A stretch of DNA of 43,880 nucleotides, taken from NCBI GenBank assembly GCA_002687175.1, contig NYZP01000010.1, positions 1 to 43,880 on the forward strand, in the 5' to 3' direction. Under the pieces are notes generated by a model that did no database searches, had not been told where the DNA came from, and saw only the letters and a program-made list of their open reading frames with translations. This document shows, in pieces, positions 9,945-19,422 of the stretch. Both the position numbers and the translations under genes were made by a program. Numbering within the stretch: position 1 is the stretch's first letter; each line of letters begins with the position of its first letter. The DNA is from Parcubacteria group bacterium (GTDB taxonomy: Bacteria > Patescibacteriota > Patescibacteriia > Buchananbacterales > UBA6539).

Positions 9945-9973
9945 TTGACAACATTACTGAATTATGATATTAT
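9945..9973 (+). promoter_or_regulatory. sigma70-type promoter pointing into the structured element
   Basis: TTGACA-17 nt-TATTAT with TG extension. Confidence 0.6.
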
Positions 9974-9996
9974 AGTTAGTTGTTTTGTTAATTGAA

Positions 9997-10381
9997 AATC
10001 TGCTCAAAAGCCTGCAGACAGCCCAAACAGGGTTCGAACTTCCTCCAGAAGTGCTTATTGTGCCATCTTAGGAGGGGGCTTATCGACCTGCAGAAAATGG
10101 ATAGCAAGTACAATTTTGTACCTTTCAATTACAAACCTCCTTTCACTTGTTATCCATTTTCTGCAGGCACGACAAGCACGGAGTTTATTTTTTGGAACAT
10201 CCGGCCTTGGCTCGATACTTCCTAAAAATAAACTTCTTGTCTGCAGACTTCTGAACAGATTGACAGAATAACCTGCTTAAAAATTTGCAAACACCAATGA
10301 TAAAACCCTTGTTCCGCCCCTCACCTTGAGTGAGCAAAGCGAACGAAAGGATGATGGGGTCTGCAGACTTCTGAGCAGATT
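9997..10381. ncRNA. unidentified highly structured element (ncRNA or tandem MITEs)
   Basis: Four copies of a 23-24-nt motif in alternating orientation, plus an internal 23-bp hairpin and further stems. Confidence 0.55.
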
Positions 10382-10403
10382 ATACTAAAATATAATATGC
10401 TTT

Positions 10404-10442
10404 AAAAAAATCACCGCCCTATAAAAAGGGTGGTGATTTTTT
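10404..10442. terminator. bidirectional intrinsic terminator
   Basis: A7-TCACCGCCCT-loop-AGGGTGGTGA-T6. Confidence 0.8.
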
Positions 10443-12261
10443 ACTCTCCAATGATTGATTCAATGTACTCTTCTTCACTAAGTTCTGAATCAGGATCCCG
10501 GCCGACTAGCCAAGTCTCCCGCCAGGCCACGTAATGCGAATAAAAATCTTCATCAACAACCTCACCGTCAGGATATTTTACTGAATATTGAAAATAAGTA
10601 TCAGCACCTGGATGAGAGGACTCAACTCGTTTTAACTCTCCAGGTGACAAGTCATCGGTTAAAACATAACGTGGTGGTCCGGGTTTGGTTACATTATAAA
10701 TAGATGGCGGATTAGGTTCAATGGTAACTTCACGTCCATCATCAGTGCCATAAAATTCAAACACTAACTCATCGCCTTCCATTCTGGCAATAAATAAAAC
10801 ATGGTAGCCAGTATCATTTAAAAACTTCATATCTGGTGCTGGATCATAAATTGTGGCGTCCATCCCGGCTGGTTCATAGTAACGAACTCTATAAGAGTGA
10901 TTACGTCTAGCGGTGATCGGTAGACCTGACCACAAGGCTGCTCTAAAAGTGGTACTGCCAATCTGACAAAGCCCACCACCGTATTCGGGAATCGTGCGGT
11001 CGCCCTTAATCACTAACTCTTTCAAATAGCCATTAACACCGTCAATATCACCCAGGGCGTCAATCAACGAAAACTCTTCGTCCGGAGCAATAAGCACTCC
11101 GTTCAAGCTGTCAACTCCTGTACCAATGTTGTGCCTACGATTTACCGGACTCCCGGAAAAATCTGATCTGCCACGTCCCAGTAACTCTTTGATCCCTAGA
11201 TCATTAAGGTCCTCGGTTGCCACTTTGGCCAGATCAACTTCAACCACTAAATCAATGAGTAAATGTTCACCCATGATAATATTATTATTTAAAATCTGGT
11301 AGCTACTTTCTAAATTTAACTGCAGACCATCACGGCTTGATTGAAATTCCGAAACTCTCTCACCTTCAAGTTCAAACTTAGCGTCAACAGTTTCCACATT
11401 TATTTCTTTGGCGATTGATTCTAAAAATTCAAAAACTTTTTCCTGATTTGCGGCAATAACTACACTATCATCAAAAAGCTGGAACTCTAGCCATGATGTC
11501 AATTTATCTTTAGTTACTGGCCAAAGATCATCTTCATATTTTAAATTTATTAATTCAACATCTAAAATCCTATCCAAATCTTCCAAGGCTAGATTAGTTT
11601 GTTCTTTTTTGATTTCTGGTTCTTTAAAATCTAAGTCTAAACTAACTGGTTTAAAATCCAAATGAGTGATATTGTCTCTTAACTTTTTAGTGGCCAGTAA
11701 ATAATCAAAAACTACACCAGATTCTTCACCAAGCACTTCGGCTTCGCCATCTTTAATAACTAACTGAGCATTGATTGGTGGTTTTTCTAATTCAGAAAAA
11801 CTGGTCTGCAAATGATCAATTAATTCAAATTCATCAAGAACATAAGATACTGGAACTGTTGTTCCAAAAGCCAGAGTTTTAAGTTGGCTTGCAAAATTTT
11901 GAATAAAATTTCCTGACCGACCAACGTTTAGGGCAGCGTCAACGGTTCGTTGCCAATCAAAAACTAAAATTTGTTGGGCTAAATCAGGAGCCGTAGAAAT
12001 AACAATCGGATTTACCGAAACTTCTTTTTCCATTGATTTAAAAATTAAACCAGTAGACTGTATTTCGTCTTCAATAGCAAAAAACTGATCTAATAATTCT
12101 TGTTGATTTTTATTGCTAACGTCAATACCATTAATTTTTACCCCCGGAAAAACTCTTTGGGCATATGACAAGTTATAACTAATTCCAAAACCAAAAATAA
12201 AAATTAAAAAAATAGCGGTCAAAACTAACCACCCTTTATTTATTTTATATTTGGAAAACAT
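10441..12261 (-). CDS. VanW-family protein with N-terminal anchor and putative peptidoglycan-binding repeats
   Basis: PGVKINGIDVS, NRRHNI, GGGLCQIGSTTFRAA, RRNHS, GMDATIY, DMKFLNDT. Confidence 0.92.
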   Translation of the reverse strand: MFSKYKINKGWLVLTAIFLIFIFGFGISYNLSYAQRVFPGVKINGIDVSNKNQQELLDQFFAIEDEIQSTGLIFKSMEKEVSVNPIVISTAPDLAQQILVFDWQRTVDAALNVGRSGNFIQNFASQLKTLAFGTTVPVSYVLDEFELIDHLQTSFSELEKPPINAQLVIKDGEAEVLGEESGVVFDYLLATKKLRDNITHLDFKPVSLDLDFKEPEIKKEQTNLALEDLDRILDVELINLKYEDDLWPVTKDKLTSWLEFQLFDDSVVIAANQEKVFEFLESIAKEINVETVDAKFELEGERVSEFQSSRDGLQLNLESSYQILNNNIIMGEHLLIDLVVEVDLAKVATEDLNDLGIKELLGRGRSDFSGSPVNRRHNIGTGVDSLNGVLIAPDEEFSLIDALGDIDGVNGYLKELVIKGDRTIPEYGGGLCQIGSTTFRAALWSGLPITARRNHSYRVRYYEPAGMDATIYDPAPDMKFLNDTGYHVLFIARMEGDELVFEFYGTDDGREVTIEPNPPSIYNVTKPGPPRYVLTDDLSPGELKRVESSHPGADTYFQYSVKYPDGEVVDEDFYSHYVAWRETWLVGRDPDSELSEEEYIESIIGE

Positions 12262-12264
12262 GTT

Positions 12265-12531
12265 TTACTCTTTTGATTTACGGTCTTGTTTTAAAATTTG
12301 ATTCAAAATTGTTTTAGCTAAAACCTCTCGTTCCTTTTGATCAGTGTCGGCAGTTGATAGCACTAGTCTTACTTTTTTTCCGACAGCAATGTCTTCTGGT
12401 AAATTCTTAATAGGCCAGGTTAATTTTTGACCATCAGCTGTTTCAATAATGGCATCTTTATCCTTAAACTGTTTAATCTTACCAGAGATAAAGTAAGAGT
12501 TATTTAATTTGTCTAAGTCTGCTTCTGACAT
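12265..12531 (-). CDS. conserved hypothetical protein (DUF3006-like)
   Basis: WPIKNLPEDIAVG pattern; 3 nt from next gene. Confidence 0.65.
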   Translation of the reverse strand: MSEADLDKLNNSYFISGKIKQFKDKDAIIETADGQKLTWPIKNLPEDIAVGKKVRLVLSTADTDQKEREVLAKTILNQILKQDRKSKE

Positions 12532-12611
12532 GCTTGCCCCGTACTTTAATTTTTATTTAAATTTACTTAAATCTACCATCTAAAATTAGTCCTTAAAAAT
12601 ATTACTATACC

Positions 12612-13049
12612 TTAGTCATCAGATACGGGGTCATCAGTTATTTTAATGGGTATATTACGTCGTTGATGGGATTTTGGTAAAGTAATAGTTAAGACTCCAT
12701 TTTTTAAATCCGCTGATATCTTATCACTTTGAACATCAGTTGGCAAGACAATTGACCGTGAAAAATTGCCCCAATAACATTCCTGGAAATAATAATCTTT
12801 TTCCTCAATTTCATGCTCCTGTTTTCGGCTACCACGGATAGTTAGAGTGTCATTGTGCATTGAAATTTCTATATCTTTGGGGCTAACTCCAGCAATGGTA
12901 GATTTAATATAAAGATTCTTGTTATCTTGAAAAACATCTAGTTGTAATTGACCCTCGTTATCACTACCCAACCAATTACCATCATAAAGTGAATCAGTAT
13001 CTTGATCATCAATGAAAATTTCTAAATTTTGTTTCTTTTTTCTGGCCAT
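12612..13049 (-). CDS. Hsp20/alpha-crystallin small heat-shock protein
   Basis: LTIRGSR, ECYWGNFSRSIVLP, ADLKNGVLTITLPK. Confidence 0.95.
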   Translation of the reverse strand: MARKKKQNLEIFIDDQDTDSLYDGNWLGSDNEGQLQLDVFQDNKNLYIKSTIAGVSPKDIEISMHNDTLTIRGSRKQEHEIEEKDYYFQECYWGNFSRSIVLPTDVQSDKISADLKNGVLTITLPKSHQRRNIPIKITDDPVSDD

Positions 13050-13205
13050 AATTTTTTATTTTATCCCTCCAGGCGTTATTATTATAGATAATTTTTTAGC
13101 TTAAATCAAGTCAGAAATTGATAACTGATTACCTAAATGTTATAATTTGTGTTAGTTCTTTATGCTCGCTCTTTACTAATTGAAACTCACATACGAGAGG
13201 ATAAA

Positions 13206-14927
13206 ATGATGTCTAGAGAATTGTTTAGGGTAATTGACCCAGGATACGGAAAAAGGAATATTTTCCGTTTCGCTGCCATGATCACTGTGTCTCTCGGACC
13301 AGTAGTTGTGGCAACGATAGCTAAATGGCTACTTCCTTGGCTTGATGCCGAGGTGGTTAGCGAAAATAACGTCAGCAAAAAACGTGGTGCTCCTCTAGAT
13401 GATGATGGCCTTATTGACCATATTGCCCTGCAAACACGAAATCGGGCAACAGTGGTTGGAATTTCTGCTAGTATCACTAACGCTGTACCACGAGCTCTAA
13501 GAATAATCGAAACATATGTTGGAATGTCAGATGACCTGCGACCAAAAGGCATTGTCGTTGGCGGCTGGCATGCCGGTGATGATCCTGAGCCTTTCCTTAG
13601 GGCTGGTGCAGATGTGGTTGTTCATGGCGAAGGTGAACTGATTATAGCGCAGTTAGTCGAGGCGTTAGCAACTGGTAAAAGCCTGGAAGAAATTCCGGGA
13701 ATTTCTTATTTTGATGGTGATGAGCTCAAGAGAAACTTGATCTCAAACCCAGCGCATCGAAACCTCAGCCAAGGCCAAGAAACCTTCCTGGCAGTTCCTC
13801 AAAGTGAGATAGAGTCCATGCCTGATCCGGATTTTGGTTTAGTGCGTTTTGCCAATATCAAACTGGTACCCGTAAGCCGAACTCGTGGTTGCACCGGACG
13901 CTGTAAATTCTGCCGCGTTAAAGGAGCAGCTCGCTACCTATCGCCGGAAAGATTGGTTGGTCAAATTCAAAATGGTTATAGCCAAGGGAAACGACGATTT
14001 TTCGTGGTTGATGACCGATGCGAAGAAGATATGATCGGTTTTATTGCTTGGCTCAAATTACTGGTCAACTGGATAGAGACCAACAACATCAAAGGATTAG
14101 ACATCAGTTGCCAATGTCGACTGTCACTAGCTGGTTTTAAACCATCAAGATCATCAGGCATTGAACTAACTGGGCCAGAAATCATGGCTCTGATGCGACG
14201 CGCATGTATCAACACGGTCTGCATTGGATTTGAATCGCCGATCAAAGAAGAATTAGACGCCATGTCCAAGCCAACCAAGCAGTCGATGATGTTGGAATGG
14301 GCGAAAACTTGGAAAAGCTTTGGTTTTCTGGTTCACGCCATGATGATCTTCGGATATCCAATCAGGAATGGAAGGCCTCTGCCACGCAACGCTAAAGGCG
14401 AGGTAATGACGGCAGCCGAAAGAGCCCAAGCCTTTTGGAGTTTTATCAAAAAAGCTGCTCCGACCTATCTCCAGGTGTTGATCTATTCACCGATTATCGG
14501 AACCGATGACCGTCAGTGGCTTGAAGTAGACGATCGAATCCTATCAGGCATTCCGCTGGAGCTTCATGATGGACTTCATGTTCTGTATCAGCCAGATGCC
14601 GGTAGCACTCCTCAGGAAGTTCAACACGAAGCAATTAATCTTTCGCGCAGGTTCTATGCCCGTCGAATCGCCAAATTTCAGTGGCTCGCCCTGGTTTGTC
14701 ATAGCCTTAAAGTGGCAAGCATCACCTGCTCGATGCCATTTATCTGGGCAGCCATCATGCCATTGCACGGCTTTAGATCTAGAGATGCCTGGCAATGGCC
14801 AAAGAGAATGAAACGGGTGGCAATCCGTCACTGGGGTGCCCAGTTCATTATTGTGAAGTTTCTCAAAAATCTTCATCCGTTTGAACGCTTATTAGCCAGA
14901 GTCAGCCATCAAGGTAACTCGGTTTAA
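13206..14927 (+). CDS. B12-binding-domain radical SAM protein
   Basis: VVGGWHA, DVVVHGEGE, TRGCTGRCKFC (CxxxCxxC), FVVDD, IGFES; start moved to ATG after GAGAGG. Confidence 0.9.
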   Translation: MMSRELFRVIDPGYGKRNIFRFAAMITVSLGPVVVATIAKWLLPWLDAEVVSENNVSKKRGAPLDDDGLIDHIALQTRNRATVVGISASITNAVPRALRIIETYVGMSDDLRPKGIVVGGWHAGDDPEPFLRAGADVVVHGEGELIIAQLVEALATGKSLEEIPGISYFDGDELKRNLISNPAHRNLSQGQETFLAVPQSEIESMPDPDFGLVRFANIKLVPVSRTRGCTGRCKFCRVKGAARYLSPERLVGQIQNGYSQGKRRFFVVDDRCEEDMIGFIAWLKLLVNWIETNNIKGLDISCQCRLSLAGFKPSRSSGIELTGPEIMALMRRACINTVCIGFESPIKEELDAMSKPTKQSMMLEWAKTWKSFGFLVHAMMIFGYPIRNGRPLPRNAKGEVMTAAERAQAFWSFIKKAAPTYLQVLIYSPIIGTDDRQWLEVDDRILSGIPLELHDGLHVLYQPDAGSTPQEVQHEAINLSRRFYARRIAKFQWLALVCHSLKVASITCSMPFIWAAIMPLHGFRSRDAWQWPKRMKRVAIRHWGAQFIIVKFLKNLHPFERLLARVSHQGNSV

Positions 14928-15124
14928 GTGTTCAATCCCGTCAACAAACTTACGAGTCTGTTGACGGTTTTTTTTAAATTAACTTCCACTACTTTTTTCT
15001 AAATAAAAAACCCGTCTTGTAACATTGTCAAAAGACGAGCAACAATTATCTTTAACCATGTTATAATGCGAATAATGCTCTTTGAAACAATCAAAAAAAG
15101 TCACAAAAAAATTTCTACATAAGG

Positions 15125-16243
15125 ATGAAAATTATGACAAATCTTGCTACAGAAAATATAGTTGCAGGACCATTGAGAGAAAAAATCGACATCATTGTCC
15201 TTTGTTCTCTCCATGTCCTTGGACTGACCATTGGAATGGCTCTTGGCTTAACAGCGGAGTGGATACTATTTGACGGTATTGAAGGTGGTATCATATCTAC
15301 TGCCGTTATTACCATCTGCTCAGTATTCTTTGGCCTAATACTAACCACCCGCTACTACTGTCAATTTACCAGTCAAGTATTGGAGCTCTTCAATATCAAC
15401 TTGATTGTGGCGGTGCATCTTATTGCTATAGTTGGCGGCAGCTACTACATGATTGCTCATTTTGCCTGGCAAAACATTGCATTAGGCGTGGCAATGTTTA
15501 TAATTTGTGGGCACGGCATTACTGCTGGCTATCATCGGCTATTCACTCACAGATCATACAAAACATTTCCTTGGATAGAAAAACTGCTTCTAATTGCTGC
15601 TGCCGCTTCAGTTCAAGGAAATGTAAAACAATGGTTATATGATCATCATCTGCATCATGGATCTGATAACAGACCTTCGGTTGTTAAAGATCCTTATGAC
15701 ATCAGGCGAGGATTGCTTTACGCCCATTTCGGATGGTTGTTCTGGAAAAGAAAATTGGCACCTGATAATATAATCCTTAGTCAATCAGCAGCCTGGCAGG
15801 TCAAATATTATGGCTGGCTAATGATCGGTTTTGGCTTTGGACTTCCGGGATTGATTGCTTGGCTATTATGGAACGACCCTTTGGGAGGCCTAATGGCCGG
15901 CGGATTTATCAGAGTTGTTTTGGAATGGCATGCCACTTGGTGCATAAATAGTGTTGCCCATAAGTTTGGCACTAATCCATTTAATCGACCTGATCAATCC
16001 CAGAACAGCTTTATCTTGTGTATTGTACTCCTGTTTTTAGGAGAGATGTGGCACAACAATCATCACGAATTTCCACCTGACTATCGTAGTGGCTTTAGCT
16101 GGTGGCAATTTGATTCCACTAAATGGCTTATTTGGACTATGTCCAAATTTGGACTTACCTGGGATCTAAAAAAAACCCCGCGTTGGAAAATTAAAAGAGC
16201 CCTTAAAAGAGCCAAAGGCCAAAGCCTTTCCTTGGGTTGCTAA
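15125..16243 (+). CDS. delta-9-type acyl-CoA/acyl-lipid desaturase with N-terminal TM extension
   Basis: His boxes GYHRLFTH, HHLHH, GEMWHNNHHEFP; DPY..RGLLYAHFGW; INSVAH. Confidence 0.93.
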   Translation: MKIMTNLATENIVAGPLREKIDIIVLCSLHVLGLTIGMALGLTAEWILFDGIEGGIISTAVITICSVFFGLILTTRYYCQFTSQVLELFNINLIVAVHLIAIVGGSYYMIAHFAWQNIALGVAMFIICGHGITAGYHRLFTHRSYKTFPWIEKLLLIAAAASVQGNVKQWLYDHHLHHGSDNRPSVVKDPYDIRRGLLYAHFGWLFWKRKLAPDNIILSQSAAWQVKYYGWLMIGFGFGLPGLIAWLLWNDPLGGLMAGGFIRVVLEWHATWCINSVAHKFGTNPFNRPDQSQNSFILCIVLLFLGEMWHNNHHEFPPDYRSGFSWWQFDSTKWLIWTMSKFGLTWDLKKTPRWKIKRALKRAKGQSLSLGC

Positions 16244-16421
16244 AAAATAAGCTAACAGCTCGCCTTCTTTCTAAGATTAAAGGTGAGCTCTTTTTTTTAG
16301 TGTAGGGGTAGAAAAAATAGGCCTGCCAATGGCAAGAGATTTGAAATAATAAGAGAGTTAGTGTAATGTAATAACAGAAAAAAACAAAAAATTACGTTCT
16401 TTTCAAGGAGGCTGTAGAAAA

Positions 16422-16751
16422 ATGTTAAGAAGCGAATTCTTAGAAGCAGTGGCAAAATTGGGTCGACGTCGCAATGTAACTTGCCGAGTATCCGAAAGAG
16501 GAGTAATCCTCTTTAAATTCAGTGGTGATGCTAAAGAACGGCAAATTCTTCGGGCAGTCTGTTTGGCTACTCTTAAAATTCCGGTAAGTGACTGGGTAGC
16601 TGCTTACCCCAAGTTGCAGCTTTCCCTCCATACTGCTGGAAACGTTACTCTGGCATCAAAGTTTCCACTAAAACGCTGCCGCACCAGAGGAATACAAAAT
16701 ACTCGAAAGGAATTATTCCGTCTGCTTCAGTTATCAAAGGAGAGGCTGTGA
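16422..16751 (+). CDS. hypothetical basic protein
   Basis: AAGGAGG SD, 109 aa, terminator downstream. Confidence 0.6.
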   Translation: MLRSEFLEAVAKLGRRRNVTCRVSERGVILFKFSGDAKERQILRAVCLATLKIPVSDWVAAYPKLQLSLHTAGNVTLASKFPLKRCRTRGIQNTRKELFRLLQLSKERL

Positions 16752-16898
16752 ATAAGGTTGTTGATTTGACTGACCTTGCACTTCCCGTTCAATAATCTTA
16801 ATTGATTAATGAATGGGTTTTTTCTTTATATAAAAGCTAGATAGTTGACAAAGTAACCAAAATATGCTAGAATTTAACATTGTTAAATATAATAAATT

Positions 16899-19106
16899 AT
16901 GAATTCAAATATCTCTAAAAAATCAATTAAATTAGCCAAAAAGCTTATATTTTATCAGCTAGTTATTGCTATGTTAGCTGGTTTTTTGGTGCCTTTTAAT
17001 CAGGTTTTAGCTGTTACTACAGTGCCACTAACTATCAGTAATATTACTATTACTCAAACAGATAATAGTGCCACCATTACTTGGCGTATGAATCGACCGG
17101 CTTTTGGTAAGATAGAGTATGGTATTTATACTAATGATTATAACTGGGAGGTTAACACCAACCAGAAAACAGACGTTCAAGCTATCACCATTTCTGGATT
17201 ATTTCCGGAAACTGATTATTTTTTTAGGATTACCGCTGATGACGAGACTTCTGAGGTAATCTCGTTTGAACAAAGATTTGAAACATTGGAACAAGGCAAT
17301 AATAAATCCCCACTAATCTCTGGGGTTCAGGCCGCTTATTTAACGGGAACCACGGCCACCATTCAATGGTTTACTGACGAAGATGCTACATCCGAAATTG
17401 AATATGGTTTAACTACTAATTACGGTTCAACCAAATCTGACGGTCGTAGAGTTAAAATTCATGATGTTACTATATCTGGCCTGGTTGATGGTACCACTTA
17501 TCAATTTCGTGTTAAGTCAAAAGACAAAGACAACAATGTTTCCATTTGGTATAACATGTCTTTTAGAACTAAGTTTGGCACTAACACTGACCTGGATGAA
17601 TTAATAGTTTATAATATTGAACCATCAGGTGAAAACTTTATTAATGTAAAAGAAACTACGGCTGTAATTTCTTGGCGTACCAACAAGTTAGCTGAAGGAT
17701 CAGTTCGTTATGGTGAAACAACTTCCTATGGAAAAACTATTTACTCAAATCCCCCTCGAGATTTTACCCAAGACATAACTTTGATTAATTTAAAGCCAGG
17801 CACCACTTATTATTTTGCGATTGAAGTAAAGGATGTTTTTGGTAAAACCGCTAAAAGCAATGGTTACTCATTTGTTACCAAGTCTAGTGCTGATGATTTT
17901 GTTCCTGGTGAAGGTTATTTCAATGCTGGTGAAGTTTTAGGAACTACCAGTTGTAGCATAGACTCAAATACCGCCTTTGGCTTTTACGGACTTTATTATA
18001 ATTTAACGTCTGATCATCCGGACTTTGATTCCTGGAAAACTAACAAGGACATCGTGCCTCCAGTCGGACGACAAAATGATTGGTACAATTCGGAATACTT
18101 CAGTTTTAGCCAGATTGATTCTTCATTAAGATTTGGCTCAAAATTTTTACCAGTGGATGAAGGCAAGCTTGGTGACCCGTTTGGTTTTGCCGTCAATTGG
18201 CGCTCTATTATTAATGTTCCTGAAACTAATACTTACAATTTTAGCATATCCTCAGATGATGATTCATGGTTACTAATTGATGATAAAGTAGTTATTAATT
18301 TTGGTGGATTTCATTCGGCTTCTGAATCCAAGAATAAAATTAATTTAAGTGCTGGTTTTCATAAATTAGAAATTTTTTATGCTGAAAGACAATCTCCAGC
18401 TGCCGCCTTTACTCTTAATACGGACTCCCGATTAAAATTTCATCCTTTACCAGACGGCTGTGATATTGACGATATCGACAACAATAACCAAACAGAAATT
18501 AATCAGCCAGGTCAAGTCTTGGGAGTTAAACAGCCAGCGCCAGCGCCCGCTCCCGCTCCCGCGTACGCTTGTAATCCTGATTTAGGCTATACTCGTATTA
18601 CTGATTTATATAAAACTACTAACAGCCCTGACATTTGGGCCATCTTAGAAACTGGTCAAAAGCATTACATTACTTCACCAGCCGCTTTTAATAAATATCA
18701 GTGTGACTGGTCCAGAATCAGAACTGTCTCTCAAACTACTTTAAATAGTTATGATAGTGCCACTTTAGTACGTACACCAGAAAATGCTACTATCTATCAT
18801 TTATTCCAAAGACCAGAACGTCAGTGGTTAAGAATTAACATTCCTTCACCAACTGTCTTTATTACTTATCCAAATAACTTTTGGGGTAATGTCGCTAGAC
18901 TTGATGCCTTGGACCTAAACTCTTATCCTGATGTCAGATTAATGAAAGCAATTGGTCTGCCAGAAGTTTACTTAATTGAAGGTAGCTTAAAACGACACAT
19001 TAAAACCGAAGCCGCTTTTGAAGGTTTAGGTTATGACTGGGCCGAAGTGGTTGAAATTAACGAGATTCACTTAGACAGTTACGAAGACGGTTTAGTTATT
19101 GACTAA
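16899..19106 (+). CDS. secreted/surface protein: three FN3-like repeats, PA14-like domain, Pro-Ala linker, C-terminal repeats
   Basis: Signal peptide; 3x A(T/V)IxW..(E/R)YG..L....YxF; HPDF and SSDDDSWLLIDDKVVI..H; PAPAPAPAP. Confidence 0.85.
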   Translation: MNSNISKKSIKLAKKLIFYQLVIAMLAGFLVPFNQVLAVTTVPLTISNITITQTDNSATITWRMNRPAFGKIEYGIYTNDYNWEVNTNQKTDVQAITISGLFPETDYFFRITADDETSEVISFEQRFETLEQGNNKSPLISGVQAAYLTGTTATIQWFTDEDATSEIEYGLTTNYGSTKSDGRRVKIHDVTISGLVDGTTYQFRVKSKDKDNNVSIWYNMSFRTKFGTNTDLDELIVYNIEPSGENFINVKETTAVISWRTNKLAEGSVRYGETTSYGKTIYSNPPRDFTQDITLINLKPGTTYYFAIEVKDVFGKTAKSNGYSFVTKSSADDFVPGEGYFNAGEVLGTTSCSIDSNTAFGFYGLYYNLTSDHPDFDSWKTNKDIVPPVGRQNDWYNSEYFSFSQIDSSLRFGSKFLPVDEGKLGDPFGFAVNWRSIINVPETNTYNFSISSDDDSWLLIDDKVVINFGGFHSASESKNKINLSAGFHKLEIFYAERQSPAAAFTLNTDSRLKFHPLPDGCDIDDIDNNNQTEINQPGQVLGVKQPAPAPAPAPAYACNPDLGYTRITDLYKTTNSPDIWAILETGQKHYITSPAAFNKYQCDWSRIRTVSQTTLNSYDSATLVRTPENATIYHLFQRPERQWLRINIPSPTVFITYPNNFWGNVARLDALDLNSYPDVRLMKAIGLPEVYLIEGSLKRHIKTEAAFEGLGYDWAEVVEINEIHLDSYEDGLVID

Positions 19107-19172
19107 GCAAGGTATTTAAGATATTATAATTTAGTTACAATTTAAATCCGCCTTCGGGCGGATTTATGGTAT

Positions 19173-19223
19173 GGGGCCATCGCTCGCCTCGCTTTGCTTA
19201 GGCGAAGCGGGTCTAGTGGTTAG
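19173..19223 (+). pseudogene. interrupted duplicate of the tRNA-Glu 5' end
   Basis: GGGGCCATCG + 29-nt hairpin + TCTAGTGGTTAG; flanks equal nt 1-22 of the tRNA at 19257. Confidence 0.8.
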
Positions 19224-19256
19224 TCTCAAAAATGTACTAAATTGAAAAGTAAATAA

Positions 19257-19328
19257 GGGGCCATCGTCTAGTGGTTAGGACACCAGGTTTTCATCCTGGC
19301 AACCGGGGTTCGATTCCCCGTGGCCCTA
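19257..19328 (+). tRNA. tRNA-Glu (anticodon TTC), CCA not encoded
   Basis: Acceptor GGGGCCA/TGGCCCT, anticodon arm CCAGG-TTTTCAT-CCTGG, T arm CGGGG-TTCGATT-CCCCG. Confidence 0.96.
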
Positions 19329-19422
19329 AAAATCCATTCAACACATATAGACCGCCTGAAATGGCGGTTTTATGGTAGAATAAATATATGAGAAAATTAT
19401 TTTTAACCATTACTACAAAAAT

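Noticed and set aside
9992-10225. 77-aa plus-strand ORF in the structured element
   Set aside because: TTG start without SD, spans inverted repeats, no recognisable protein character.
9997-10381. CRISPR array, tmRNA or RNase P interpretation
   Set aside because: Repeats alternate in orientation with uneven spacing and there are no cas genes; no tRNA-like ends or GAGGAAAGTCC core.
18531-18563. CCAGCG/CCCGCT short tandem repeat
   Set aside because: Encodes an ordinary Pro-Ala linker.
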